Below, piece after piece: positions 1-13,045 of a stretch of 64,000 nt of DNA (positions are counted from its first letter, which is position 1; the number at the start of each line of letters is the position of its first letter). Source of the stretch: Haliotis rufescens (taxonomy: Eukaryota); the NCBI RefSeq assembly GCF_023055435.1, contig NW_025964372.1, positions 38,626,001-38,690,000 on the forward strand, written 5' to 3'. The position numbers and the translations under genes are program-made. The notes beneath the pieces were generated by a model. It did no database searches. It saw nothing but the letters and a program-made list of their open reading frames with translations, and was not told where the DNA came from.

Positions 1-209
1 GTGTGTGCATGAGGTGTGGGTATGTGTGTGAGTGTGTGAGTGAGGTGTGTGATGTGTTTGAGTGAGTGAGTGAGGTGTTTGAGTGTGGGTATGTGCGTGT
101 GTGAGTGAGTGGGGTGAGTAAGTGAGATGTGGGTATGTGTGTGTTTGTGTGTGTGTGTGTGTGTGAGTGAATGTGTGGGTATGTGTTTGAGTGTGTGTGT
201 GAGGTGTGA
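1..209. repeat. (GT)n/(GTGA)n compound microsatellite next to an N-gap
   Basis: Seen directly. Confidence 0.9.
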
Positions 210-467
210 NNNNNNNNNNNNNNNNNNNNNNNNNNNNNNNNNNNNNNNNNNNNNNNNNNNNNNNNNNNNNNNNNNNNNNNNNNNNNNNNNNNNNNNNNNN
301 NNNNNNNNNNNNNNNNNNNNNNNNNNNNNNNNNNNNNNNNNNNNNNNNTGTTCGTCTCGTAGTTTCAGAGTGGAAAATTGAAGCATGTTGCTAACAATAC
401 AACTCAGTACAGCCTGGTCACGTGCATATGTATTTATGTTGTTTCAAATCTACGGCAATATTTCCAG

Positions 468-1768
468 AGTGTCATCGAGTTACGGAACGACCACTTCATT
501 GAAAAGCTGACATCGGACAAGGATGGAGTGATCATGCAGTTGGATGTCGACACGTATCGGGATGGGGACTTCGTCATTGCGGTGAGTGAGTGAGTAGAGG
601 AGTGAGTGAGGAGAGGAGTGAGTGAGGAGAGGAGTGAGCAGACGANNNNNNNNNNNNNNNNNNNNNNNNNNNNNNNNNNNNNNNNNNNNNNNNNNNNNNN
701 NNNNNNNNNNNNNNNNNNNNNNNNNNNNNNNNNNNNNNNNNNNNNNNNNNNNNNNNNNNNNNNNNNNNNNNNNNNNNNNNNNNNNNNNNNNNNNNNNNNN
801 NNNNNNNNNNNNNNNNNNNNNNNNNNNNNNNNNNNNNNNNNNNNNNNNNNNNNNNNNNNNNNNNNNNNNNNNNNNNNNNNNNNNNNNNNNNNNNNNNNNN
901 NNNNNNNNNNNNNNNNNNNNNNNNNNGTAGAGGAGTGAGTGAGTAGAGGAGTGAGTGAGGAGAGGAGAGGAGTGAGTGAGTAGAGGAGTGAGTGAGTGAG
1001 GAGAGGAGAGGAGTGAGTAGAGGAGTGAGTGAGTAGAGGAGTGAGTGAGTAGAGCAGTGAGTGAGTAGAGGACTGAGTGAGTAGAGGAGTGAGTGAGGAG
1101 AGGAGTGAGTGAGGAGAGGAGTGAGTGAGGAGAGGAGTGAGTGAGTGAGGAGAGGAGTGAGTAGAGGAGTGAGTGAGTAGAGGNNNNNNNNNNNNNNNNN
1201 NNNNNNNNNNNNNNNNNNNNNNNNNNNNNNNNNNNNNNNNNNNNNNNNNNNNNNNNNNNNNNNNNNNNNNNNNNNNNNNNNNNNNNNNNNNNNNNNNNNN
1301 NNNNNNNNNNNNNNNNNNNNNNNNNNNNNNNNNNNNNNNNNNNNNNNNNNNNGTAGAGGAGTGAGTGAGGAGAGGAGTGAGTGAGCAGACGAGTGAGTAG
1401 AGGAGTGAGTGAGGAGAGGAGTGAGGGTGTAAATTAGTGAGAGGGTAAATGGGTGAGTGAGTATAACATTATTATGTTAACTTTCTACATTAATTCTATG
1501 TCATTGGCTTTGTCATTATGTTGTTGTCTTCTACATTCATCCCACCATATATCATGAACGCATTGTGGGGTGAATGTATATATTTACTTACTGGGCATTC
1601 ACCCGATGAAGGAGCAAGAAGTAGCTCTGTAACGTCTTACAAAGAATAAAAGAAATTGTAAAAAAACCTTCCAAATGCCTGTCAAAATCTTAACTCTGTG
1701 CTTGTTTCTGTTCCCAGACTCAGACCAAGGATGGCGCCACGGAGACCCAGAGACTGAGAAAACTCTGA
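468..1768 (+). CDS. FABP-like paralog 1, last two exons (468-581, 1718-1768); 5' exons lie outside the window or in gaps
   Basis: ttccag|468-581|gtgagt encodes SVIELRNDHFIEKLTSDKDGVIMQLDVDTYRDGDFVIA (phase 0-0). ttcccag|1718-1768 encodes TQTKDGATETQRLRKL*. Exon sizes and phases (114, 51 nt) mirror exons 3 and 4 (117, 51 nt) of the downstream FABP-like gene. AATAAA at 2004-2009. Confidence 0.7.
582..1460. repeat. (GAGT)n/(GAGGA)n compound repeat starting at a splice donor; contains two N-gaps
   Basis: GTGAGTGAGTGAGTAGAGGA... reiterated from position 582. Confidence 0.9.
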
Positions 1769-1860
1769 CCAGCCCCTACACCAGCCCCCACACCAGCCCC
1801 TACACCAGCCCCCACACCAGCCCCTACACCAGCCCCCACACCAGCCCCTACACCAGCCCC
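1769..1860. repeat. 12-bp repeat (ACCAGCCCCYAC) with alternating 24-bp period in the 3' UTR
   Basis: About 7.5 units immediately after the TGA at 1766-1768. Confidence 0.9.
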
Positions 1861-4380
1861 TGACTGACGTGATCTCAACAATATGTCACTACCAAAACAA
1901 TGTACGGACCCCGAAAAGATTGTGTTCATTTATCATAAATAGAAACTTATTTAATCCAGACTATTCCGGATCTATGTCAGTACCGAACAAACATACAGTC
2001 CCGAATAAATAACGTTAATGTATCATAAAATGAAATCTGTCTTATCCAAACTCTATGTCTATTCCGGATCTATGTCAAATTGTTTATTCAGTGAACACTG
2101 AGAGGCCATAGGCCCTAGTTCAACAAAACTCACAGGGTATGCATGTTCCTATAACTTACAATGCATAACGTGTGTACAATGCAATATTTTGTGATACTGT
2201 AATATTTGAGGTTGACATGAGTATGCAAAACAAATTGATATTTGGGTACGTTTTCAACATCTTTGGAATATATTTGTTTCTTAATTCAGAATAGAGTTTC
2301 TAAACAAAGATAAAAAGAAACTCATTTTCTACAACATTAAGGTGAAATAAGCCTTTATAGATATACACATCATTATAACCTCTTGCTCTGGATTGAGTTT
2401 TGAAAATCATTTTGATTGCAACAAATGCTCGATATTCTTCGAGAATATATTGTTGGCATTACCTAACTGGAAACAAAGTCCTAGTAAACAGTATTTCAGG
2501 GTAACCCGAAGATTAAACTACCTCTATATATGCATCTTTGTGCATCCCTCTCTCTAATTACAGTAATTTCCCACCGTTTTTAAAACGAGAACTTTACTTG
2601 TATTTCGACTGACGGACAGTGACCACTTGTCACAATAATCTCCAAAATGTTGATATGATGTTTGAGACCAATTACCGAATCAGAGAAAAGGACAACATCG
2701 TCAGCAAAAAGTAAAAGGAATAATGAATTTTCTTTTTGATCTGGATATAACTGTATGGCATTTTCAGATTTTGAGTTAAGTTCAAGAACAAGACTTAATT
2801 ATCAGTTCCAGTAAGGACAAGATATTTTATGGGGAGAACCTTTTCTATTGTATTCTTATGCGACGTTTCTCTATAGCTCCTCATACCGTTAAGCATTGTA
2901 TATTTGTACCATGTACAGATGCCTTCTTTCTATTAACATTCAGCCATTAACTGCTTTCTGTTGTTACTATATAAACCAACCATTATCCTTTGGTGTTGTT
3001 CATCCCTTTTATGTTTACTGTCATGTTGTTTTTGTTAATCCGTATTGGATGTATATAACACTGTACTGTGCTGTCTTACTTACGCATACAGTCGGAAAGC
3101 GCACGTAAAATCCCCAACTTAAGTAAGTAAGTAAGTAAAGATCTTACCATGCTTACTCCACTCTTGCTTGACTACGTTATAAAGATCTATACCGAAACAT
3201 AATACAATTAAGAAGTTTTTATCCGTAAAAATATCTTATCTTTACTCTTTACTACCAATTTCTTAAAATGCCAATCAAACAAGACTTTAAGTCATTTATG
3301 AAAAAAATGAGAACAAGATTGGGCTTCATACACAACCCTGACGCACTCCCAAGGGGGAATCAAGCATATCTGTAAGGTTACTACCATTGTTGCGAACACA
3401 AGCTTTATCTGGCTGGTAAACGGCTTTCAGTGATTTACCATCTTTACCATCTTTGATCCTCACGCATATTCACCAAATAATTGCCAACGTTTGTGTTGAT
3501 GTTGTGTGTTATGTTCTGTCAATATCGAAACGGATTTACAGTTACGTATTTACTACGTTAATGTATCATCAAATACGTACCTTACAAGTGGTGCCAATAT
3601 ATTTGATTGGCTAACCAAGAATTATTTGGGCGTTTAATTTCCATAAACCGAAAAAATAAATAGGCCACGCCCTCTAACGTACAACTGTTTCCAGATTGGC
3701 TGACAATAGAATGGGAGAGGTTTATGCTGCGTTATTGCGCTGATTGATGGGACTGATTTCGTATTGTTGTCACTAGTATTTTGTGTGTTGGTGATTAAAT
3801 AAGCAGTGTGTAAAATTAGTAGTAGTAGTATTAAGAAGTGATTTTAATCAGTTTTGGTGTTCATGGAGTCATGAACGGAAAACCCCATTGGCACTTTTTG
3901 CGGACGAACGATCTCATTAAATTCAGATGTTTAACCCCGACCAGGGGAGGTTTTGAGTGGAGGAAGAAACATCTGTTGTGTGAAATAAAAATTGTGAATA
4001 TTTTATGTACGCTCAGGATAATTTTGTCATCAGTGATTCGTACATTGCATCAAGTTGAAAAGAGAAATAAATTTCGTTCGTGAAATCTCTTCCACCGGCA
4101 CCTCGGAGGCCCCACGAAGCTGTATACTTAGTAGTATGGGAACTATACATCTATATAAAACATTCTTAGTACATGTACGTCAACCAAAACACACGCCCAA
4201 CATCGTTAAATAATCATATCGCTTTTGAAGAAAAATGAATTATACGACGAATACATGATTGGTGACTTGTTAAGGATAGGATTCGGAAACCTATGGTGCG
4301 TAAACATGTTATATCCACTTATGCCCTTATGAGGCATGGTGGCATCGCTAACAGTAAATGCCTTTTGGTTGGTACCATAC

Positions 4381-4938
4381 CATCTTCCCGAGGCAAGAGC
4401 GTTTAATGTTTTGAAAATGTTATTTGTTAGCTGGGGAGTTAACTGACTGTAACAGTCCACTTTCCACCCTTGCCGAACTAGGCTGGAATTCGATGGTAGC
4501 GCCCTCAGAGGCTATTACGAGTTATTTCCCTTCTATGCCTCTCCTATGGACCAATCAGATGCCACCTTTTGTATCATTTGCATTTGCTTCAAACAAAATG
4601 GCGGCGCCCAGTCAAAACGATCTAATCGAAATCAGTATCTATATTGTGATAATACGGGTCTTTCATCGCGAAGTGCATCAAATCACGTGAGCACCTTGAT
4701 TAAACACATGAAAGTTTTTGGAAAATATCCGTTGACAACTAGTTGGCGGTGCACATGCTTTACAAATCCTGTAATCGACAGTTCACGAGCCGGATTTCGA
4801 TTTTGTTGCGCGATTTTGATTGGACTATGCAAAGTCTCGTTAGTCCAACCAAAATGTAACTCCATAATACCAGCCTAGTTCGGCAAGTGTGAGAACTGCA
4901 TTTTTACAGTCAGTTAACGCCCTTGCCTCAGGAAGATG
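4381..4938. mobile_element. MITE with CATCTTCCCGAGGCAAG termini and 9-bp TSD
   Basis: Long TIRs; TSD GTACCATAC/GTTCCATAC (one mismatch); inverted homolog of 24831-25366. Confidence 0.85.
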
Positions 4939-5257
4939 GTTCCATACAGGTGCTCGATGGTTTCACAGAAGCGGTAAATGTCTACACGAACTACTGTGTA
5001 CTTAGTATAATACCTTTCCAAGTTTGAGTGTATGTTTGTTTTTTGTTTAACGCTGCGCCCAATATCCATCTATTTGGCGGCGGCCTGTAAATTATTGAGT
5101 CTGGACCAGACGAACTAGTGATTGATGTTATGAGCTTCGTCTCACGCCGTCGGGGTAGACACCCTCATACAGCAGCAGAACCCTGTAAGTCAGGATGAGA
5201 AATGGTCCATCACCTTGGTCTGCAGTCGAAGCTTCAGTTTCGTCTCCACCATAGAAG

Positions 5258-6090
5258 GGAGCACGGGTGGCCCAGTAGTCTTAGGCGCCGCAATTCGCTG
5301 TGCAGAGTTGCGTCCCTTGGGCTCGCCAGAAACCTATGATTGTGGGTTCGAATCCCGGTTCCCCCCGATTATGTTTCTAGGTTTGTCAGCACCATACCCG
5401 TGCTCGTGGGTTTCACCGAAGTGGTAAACGTCTGAGACCTGCATCACTTCTGGCTTTCCTCCCACATTAAGCTGACACACCGTGATATATATAGAATACT
5501 AAATGAGCTCCCGTGTAATATGAATCCCGTTTTATGAAACGAGCTTTCGCTCGTCAGATGCCACAACTATTCACGAGTTTCATAATCCAATTGAGTAATA
5601 CTTCAAACACGTCAAATGATGAAACGTATGAATTTAATACCATACAACGGTCCACCTTTAGAATTCAGGCGTCCGTTCCACAAAATTATCGTAGCGCAAT
5701 GTTTATCGCAAGTCACATACTTTACCTAACGAATGTCGTTTACAATCACGTCACAATACCCGATGACGTAATTTGTGGAATTTTGTTGCAAGATCCATCG
5801 GCGAAACAATTCCATGTGACGTCAGCCTAGCAACAAGGTTGCGGGGGTCATCGAGTGTGTATAAGCTCCTTTCAGTGATCTATCATTTCCACACGCAATG
5901 TCGTTGAATAAGCCAAGGGATGTTGAGAGCTTTCAATATTTGTTCGTGAAACGTGTTCCGAGGGTACATAAGCACGCGTTTTGGTATTACACAATGTGTA
6001 ATACTTCTGTATGTTTATTAAACGGATGATCTCTTCACGGGCTAGTAATAAAACTGGAATAATTATTAAAAGCGGCGTTAAACCAACTCA
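5258..6090 (+). mobile_element. tRNA-derived SINE family C, interrupted by a ~560-bp insertion (~5490-6052)
   Basis: B-box GGTTCGAATCC; tail AAAAGCGGCGTTAAACC; 14-bp TSD CTCCACCATAGAAG (5244-5257, 6091-6104); homologs at 14950-15212 and 29409-29600. Confidence 0.8.
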
Positions 6091-6255
6091 CTCCACCATA
6101 GAAGTATCAGCGGGTGGCTTCAGTAGGCAAAGTCACGGTTTCTTTGTTTCTGAGAAAAATAAGTGTTTTCTGAGATAGTTAGAGCACAAATACTATCTGC
6201 AACGAGGTGTGACTGTCAGTGGGAAATGCCATGCCACGGAACTTCATCCTCTGAG

Positions 6256-6420
6256 TGGGTGAGTGAATATGGTTTTACGCCGCTTTTAGCAATATCCAAG
6301 CAATATCACGGCGTGGGACACCAGAAATGGGCTTCACACATTGTACCCATGTCGGGAATCGAACCCGGGTCTTTGGCGTGACGAGCGAACGCTTTAACCA
6401 CTAGGCTACCCGACCGCCCC
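6256..6420 (-). mobile_element. tRNA(Asp-like)-derived SINE family A
   Basis: Minus strand reads GGTAGCCTAGTGGTTAAAGCG...GTCACG...GGTTCGATTCCC with an (ACTC)n tail; TSD TCATCCTCTGAG. Confidence 0.9.
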
Positions 6421-6432
6421 TCATCCTCTGAG

Positions 6433-6700
6433 ACCAAGGTACCAAGGAGACACATCGAGGAAAGATCCACTCAGAGGTGCTACTGTTTCACGAGGTGTAT
6501 CGGCAACGACGAGGTAAATGCTGTCGTCGATGCCTTTGTGGAGCGCCAGGATGAAGACTTGTTTAGAGCTAGGGTAACTAAACTATAGCATCGCTGGACC
6601 CATCGTAATTAAATTAAAAGAGGATTTATTGAAACAAACTGTGTGAACAATTTTGATTCCGAACGATCTTCTGTTTGATTCCGAGAACCTTTCGTTGTTC
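6433..6700 (+). mobile_element. Possible decayed mariner transposase C-terminal fragment
   Basis: NDEVNAVVDAFVERQDEDLFRARVTKL*HRWT resembles a mariner C-terminus; short and degraded. Confidence 0.4.
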
Positions 6701-8059
6701 CACGTATGACCCAGATGTTAGCGTATATAACATTTGGTTTGGTTTGTTTGTTGATTAACGCCGCAGTCAGCACTATTCAAGCTATAGTCGCCTTTTACGG
6801 CAAGCATGGGTTGCTGAAGACCTATTCTAACCCGGATGTTCACGAGCCCCAAGCCGGTACTGAGGACAAGCATGTGATACTCGGGTTTGACTTAGTCAGT
6901 CCAGAATCCTCCTAGGGGGGCATGTGGGATACCTGAGACGCCCCTTGCCCTACTACCGGTAGTGCGGAGGTGGGATCTGACCCCGATGACGACAAGCATA
7001 GTCGCCTTTTACGACAAGCATGGGTTGCTGAAGAACTATTCTACCCCGGATCTTCACGGGTGTATATGTGTTGAAAAGGGACACAGTTCGTAGACTCTAG
7101 TGACTTGAGTGTCGACAGGCCAAAGTGAAAATTGGGGCGAATCGGGGATCAGAACTCGTAACCGGCGGATCTGACACGGCTGAGACACGTTACTTTTACA
7201 GTGTCGGATTCAAATTGACAAGTATTTATTATCTTAACAACAGATATGTTTGAGACCCCGTGTATTGATATTATTAACGTATTTACATTTTTACAAACAC
7301 ACATGACAGTGTAAGGAAGCTGCTGTCATGGACGTCCACACACACCACCTGCCCCCGCGGGCACCTGCATGTGCACCTGCTAGTGCACCTCCCGCCACTC
7401 GTGCACAGCCAGTTAGCAACAAGCTCGGAGACAGATCTTAAGCACGTATCCTTCCACCTGACCAGAGGAATGTTTTTTGAGAATTTATCAGCTGGTTCGT
7501 TTCTTGAAGGTTTCAAAGTTCATATGGGATTTTATCCGCTCGTCTCAAAAACTTCCTGCCAATATTAAGTAAATACATGGTTAATTACAGTCAGAAGCGC
7601 AGTTAACTCTTTTGATGTCATGACGTGGGACGAATGTTCTCGCCAAGGGCTGTCAGTGCCCTGACCAGCTACGTGAATTATTTAAGGTGACTCGGTGCGT
7701 TGTTCACTGCAGGGAGAAATACAGTGCGTCACTTTTAATTGATTGTACATTGTTTGATGATCTACTGTGTCATCTTTAAAAAGTATTTCGAAGCTTTAGC
7801 GATTAACATGTTGTTTTTTTAACTTGAGTAGTTTAGATATTATGAATGAAGATTAATTGCAAACTTCTCTATACAATAGGATTTGCAATATGTTTAAGAG
7901 AAGAAAAAATATTCCTATATGCTCGTTTTTGGATAAACATTTTACATAGTTTAATAGCGTATGTCATTGTGTCTCGTAAGCCGAGTGCGGCTGGATGTGC
8001 AAGGTTTATATGTCACTAGTTTTAGTGTATATATATATACATGTGACACATAAATAAAC

Positions 8060-8094
8060 ATGTCTCTCTCTCTCTCCCCGTGTTTCTCTGTCTC

Positions 8095-8127
<33 letters not shown>

Positions 8128-8935
8128 TCGCTCTCTCTCTCTCCGTGCCTCTCTTTGTCTCTCTATTTGTGCTTCTCTCAAGCTGTGTTTCCCTGTCTTT
8201 TGTGTGTGTGTGTGTCTCTCTCTCTCCGTGCCTCTCTTTGTCTCTCTATTTGTGCCTCTCTCTAGCTGTGTTTCTCTGTCTTTTGTGTGTGTGTGTCTCT
8301 CTCTCTCCGAGCCTTTCTTTGTCTCTCTATCTGTGCCTCTCTCTAGCTGTGTTTCTCTGTCTCTTGTGTGTGTGTGTGTCTCTCTCTCTCCGTGCCTTTC
8401 TTTGTCTCTCTATCTGTGCCTCTCTCTAGCCGTGTTTCTCTGTCTCTTGTGTGTGTGTGTCTCTCTCTCTCTCCGAGCCTTTCTTTGTCTCTCTATCTGT
8501 GCCTCTCTCTAGCTGTGTTTCTGTCTTTTGTGTGTGTGTGTCTCTCTCTCTCCATGCCTCTCTTTGTCTCTCTATTTGTGCTTCTCTCAAGTTGTGTTTC
8601 TGTCTTTTGTGTGTGTGTGTCTCTCTCTCTCCATGCCTCTCTTTGTCTCTCTATTTGTGCCTCTCTCTAGCCGTATTTCTCTGTATCTTGTGTGTGTGTG
8701 TCTCTCTCTCTCTCCGTGCCTTTCTTTGTCTCCCTATCTGTGCCTCTCTCTAGCCGTGTTTCTCTGTCTCTTGTGTGTGTGTCTCTCTCTCTCCATGCCT
8801 CTCTTTGTCTCTCTATTTGTGCCTCTCTCTAGCCGTATTTCTCTGTCTCTTGTGTGTGTGTGTCTCTCTCTCTCTCCGTGCCTTTCTTTGTCTCCCTATC
8901 TGTGCCTCTCTCTAGCCGTGTTTCTCTGTCTCTCA
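8060..8935. repeat. ~65-bp minisatellite built from (CT)n and (GT)n tracts
   Basis: About 13 units of GTGTGTCTCTCTCTCCGTGCCTYTCTTTGTCTCTCTATYTGTGCCTCTCTCTAGCYGTGTTTCTCTGTC. Confidence 0.9.
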
Positions 8936-9256
8936 GTATGTGAGGCGTTTCCTGTTGTTTGTATATGATCGACAAACCAGTGATTGATACCACGAACAAC
9001 ATCCCACGCCGTCAGCATTCGCTGCTGGGGCTCCGTTCTAACTCGATGTCCCCACGGTAAAGGGGCGTCCTGTTAGGATTTACTCTCTGGCGTAAAGCGA
9101 CTCAAAAACATTTCGTAAGCGTAACATCGGCTTAAATGATATGGTAATAATTAACGTAAAACGATGATGAAAAACAAGTACTGCTAAGAGTGAACATTGA
9201 TGAAGTGAAGGGAAATGGGGTCTGAGGTCACGTTCAAGATTTTTTAACTCATGTTT

Positions 9257-9520
9257 TGTTTGTTTGTTGTTTAACACCGCACTCAGCAATTTTCCAAGTT
9301 ATATAGCGGCGGGCTGTAAATAATTGAATCTGGACCAGACAATCCAGTGATTGACATTACAAGCATCAATCCACGCTGTTCCCATACGATGACATGCATC
9401 AACCAAATCAGCGAGCCTGACCACCCGATCACGTCGGTCGCCTCTTATTGCAAGCATAGTCGCCATTTTCGGCAAGCATGGGTTGATCAAGATCAATTCA
9501 ACGCGGATCTTCAAGGGTCT
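9257..9520 (-). mobile_element. SINE family B (Nin-domain-like core, (AAAC)n tail)
   Basis: Reverse complement of the copies at 28745, 35546 and 63001. Confidence 0.8.
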
Positions 9521-9803
9521 TTCACTCATGTAGCGACTTGCATTCACGTATCAGGAATGATTTGAGGAAGACAAGTCTTATTTTGAATCATACAACTATA
9601 TTAAATTGAATGTCATCAGGACTGCATAGGACAGCAATCAAGGCAAGTTCATCCCCAGGCACAGTAGCCAGCGTTCTGCGCATCATCGGTCCCTCTGTAG
9701 ACCCTGATAGCTTCGGCTCTGCGACCTGGAATGTACACCCGCCGTAGACATTTATACAGGTTAAATCAACCACGTGTCCTCTCTTTCAGATTCAGGAGCA
9801 CTA

Positions 9804-9969
9804 GTGAGTGAGTGAGTATGGTTTTACGCCGCTTTTAGCAATATTCCAGCAATATCACGGCGGGGGACACCAGAAATGGGCTTCACACATTGTACCCATG
9901 TCGGGAATCGAACCCGGGTCTTCGGCGTGACGAGCGAACGCTTTAACCACTAGGCTACCCGACCGCCAC
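9804..9969 (-). mobile_element. SINE family A, full length
   Basis: A/B boxes; 12-bp TSD TCAGGAGCACTA (9792-9803, 9970-9981). Confidence 0.9.
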
Positions 9970-10679
9970 TCAGGAGCACTAAAATGGAAATATATATGTA
10001 GATCCGTGACATTACATCGTATTCGTTTCCCACTTATGTAATTGCAAATTTGGTACTTGCGGTAAAATAGCGGACCATTAACCTCAAATTTTTAGCGCAA
10101 CTGCATCAAAAAATGTTATAATGCTGAAAATGAATACGAACGCGATGTTGAGCTTTGAATTGTTGAACGATACACGGACCTCTGTGGAACCCAATAACAG
10201 CCAACACTGACATAATTTTACTCCATTGCAATCACACTGACCTCTACTGTTCTGTACACATAGCGTTTCCCTCTCAAGAGTCTGTTTATTGGCAGATACT
10301 GAAGACTTGTACACGTACTTATAACCCCGCGTTTTGCACGTGAAAACCATACCAATCCGGTTTCATTACACTCAGCTGAACCGGTTACAGACTGGAGTCA
10401 CATATTTCTTTTAAGTAAGAATAATTTAACTCTTAGAATTCGTTTGTGGCGGGTTATACGCCAGGGAAAACATGCCTCCGAGGTTTGGGCTGAAAAAGTA
10501 AACACGGGAGAGAGGAAATGTTTCATGAAAATCGACTGAACCGTTTACAGACTGGCGTCATATATTTCGTTTTCAGACAAGAGAAGTTAGCGTTTCGAGT
10601 TTGTTTGTGGCGGCTTTATAAGCCACAGTAAGAAACTTTCCCCCGGTTTCAGTTCAAAATGTAAACATTCGCGGTCAAG

Positions 10680-13045
10680 AAAAGTGATGTTACCCCGTGG
10701 TATAGTTTCCCCAGTACATCTTTCAAAACGTTGTTACCCCGTGGTATAGTTTCCCCGGGACATCTGTCAAAACGTTGTTACCCCGTGGTATAGTTTTCCC
10801 GGGACATCTTTCCCTAACATTGTATGTCCCTGTCGAGTTTCCCGCGTAAACTTTCCCTATCCTTGTTACCTATTGGTATAGTTTCTCGGTATAGCTTTCC
10901 CTAACGCTGTTACCTTTGGGTATAGTTCCTCGGTATAGCTTTCCTTAACGTTGTTACCTTTTGGTATAGTTTCTCGGTATAGCTTTCCTTAACGTTGTTA
11001 CCTTTTGGTATAGTTTCTCGGTATAGCTTTCCCTAACGTTGTTACCCCGTGGTATAGTTTCTCGGTATAGCTTTCCCTAACGTTGTTACCTTTTGGTATA
11101 GTTTCTCGGTATAGCTTTCCCTAACGTTGTTACCTTTTTGTTTCCCTGTATAACTTTCACTAACGTTGTTACCCCTTGGTATAGTTTCTCTTTATAGCTT
11201 TCCCTAACGTTGTTACCTATTGGTATAGTTTCTCGGTATAGCTTTTCCTAACGTTGTTACCCCTTGGTATAGTTTCTCGGTATAGCTTTCCCTAACGTTG
11301 TTACCCCTGGGTATAGTTTCTCGGTATAGCTTTCCCTAACGTTGTTACCTTTTGGTATAGTTTCTCGGTATAGCTTTCCCTAACGTTGTTACCCCTTGGT
11401 ATAGTTTCTCGGTATAGCTTTCCCTAACGTTGTTGCCCCGTGGTATAATATTTCGGTATAGCTTTCCCAAACATTGTTACTCCAGGTCGATTTTCCCGAG
11501 TAAAACTTTCCCTATTGTTTTTACCCTTTGGTATAGTTTCTCGGTATAGCTTTCCCAAACATTGTTACTCCAGGTCGATTTTCCCGAGTAAAACTTTCCC
11601 TAATGTTGTTACCTTTTGGTATAGTTTCCCTGTATAACTTTCCCTAACGTTGTTACCCCTGGGTATAGTTTCCAGGTATAGCTTTACCTAACGTTGTTAC
11701 CCCTGGGTATAGTTTCCCTGTATACCTTTCCCTAACGTCGTTACCCCTGGGTATAGTTTCCCTGTATAACTTCCCCTAACGTTGTTACCCCTGGGTATAG
11801 TTTCCCTGTATAACTTTCCCTAACGTTGTTACCCCTGGGTATAGTTTCCAGGTATAGCTTTACCTAACGTTGTTACCCCTGGGTATAGTTTCCCTGTATA
11901 CCTTTCCCTAACGTCCTTACCCCTGGGTATAGTTTCCCTGTATAACTTTCCTAACGTCGTTACCCCTGGGTATAGTTTCCCTGTTTAACTTTCCCTAACG
12001 TTGTTATCCCTGGGTATAGTTTCCAGGTATAGCTTTACCTAACGTTGTTACCCCTGGGTATAGTTTCCCTGTATACCTTTCCCTACCGTCGTTACCCCAG
12101 GGTATAGTTTCCCTGTATACCTTTCCCTAACGTCGTTACCCCTGGGTATAGTTTCCCTGTATAACTTTCCCTAACGTTGTTACCCCTGGGTATAGTTTCC
12201 AGGTATAGCTTTACCTAACGTTGTTACCCCTGGGTATAGTTTCCCGGTATACCTTTCCCTACCGTCGTTACCCCTGGGTATAGTTTCCCTGTATAACTTT
12301 CCCTAACGTTGTTATCCCTGGGTATTGTTTCCCGGTATAACTTTCCCTAACGTTGTAACCCCTGGGTATAGTTTCCCGGTATAGCTTTCCCTAACGTTGT
12401 GACACCTGGGTATAGTTGCCCGGTATAGCTTTCCCTAACGTTGTTACCCCTGGGTATAGTTTCCCGGTATATCTTTCCCTAATGTTGTCACCCATGAGTA
12501 TAGTTTCCCGGTATAACTTTCCCTAACGTTGTTATCCCTGGGTATAGTTTCCCGGTATAACTTTCCCTAACGTTGTTACCCCTGGGTATAGTTTCCCGGT
12601 ATAACTTTCCCTAACGTTGTTATCCCTGGGTATAGTTTCCCGGTATAACTTTCCCTAACGTTGTTATCCCTGGGTATAGTTTCCCGGTATAACTTTCCCT
12701 AACGTTGTTACCCCTGGGCATAGTTTCCAGGTACATCTTTCCCTAATATTGTTATACCTGATAAAGTGTCCCCGGTTTAGCTTTCCCTAACATGTTATTT
12801 TATGGTATAGATTCACGGTATAGCTTTCACAAATATTGTTACTTGATAGTATAGTTTACCGGTATAGCTTTCACTAATATTGTTATCCCTGGGTATAGTT
12901 TCCCGGTATAACTTTCCCTAACGTTGTGACCCCTTGGTATAGTTTCCAGGTACTTCTTTCCCTAACATTGTTACCCCTGGGTATAGTTTCCAGGTACATT
13001 TTTCCCTAACATTGTTACCCCTGGGTTTATTTTCCCCGGTTAATC
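10680..13045. repeat. 44-bp minisatellite (~53 units)
   Basis: Unit TTACCCCTGGGTATAGTTTCCCGGTATARCTTTCCCTAACGTTG; period checked at 12541/12585. Confidence 0.95.

Noticed and set aside
1675-1863. SPYT/SPHT repeat ORF resembling a Pol II CTD or extensin
   Set aside because: The repeat follows the stop codon of the phase-0 terminal exon, so it is 3' UTR in the frame that fits the FABP model.
8060-8968. Hydrophobic Cys/Leu/Ser/Val ORFs
   Set aside because: Translations of (CT)n/(GT)n repeats.
9895-9969. tRNA-Asp-like gene and other tRNA-like heads
   Set aside because: They are SINE heads with body, tail and TSD, not stand-alone tRNAs.
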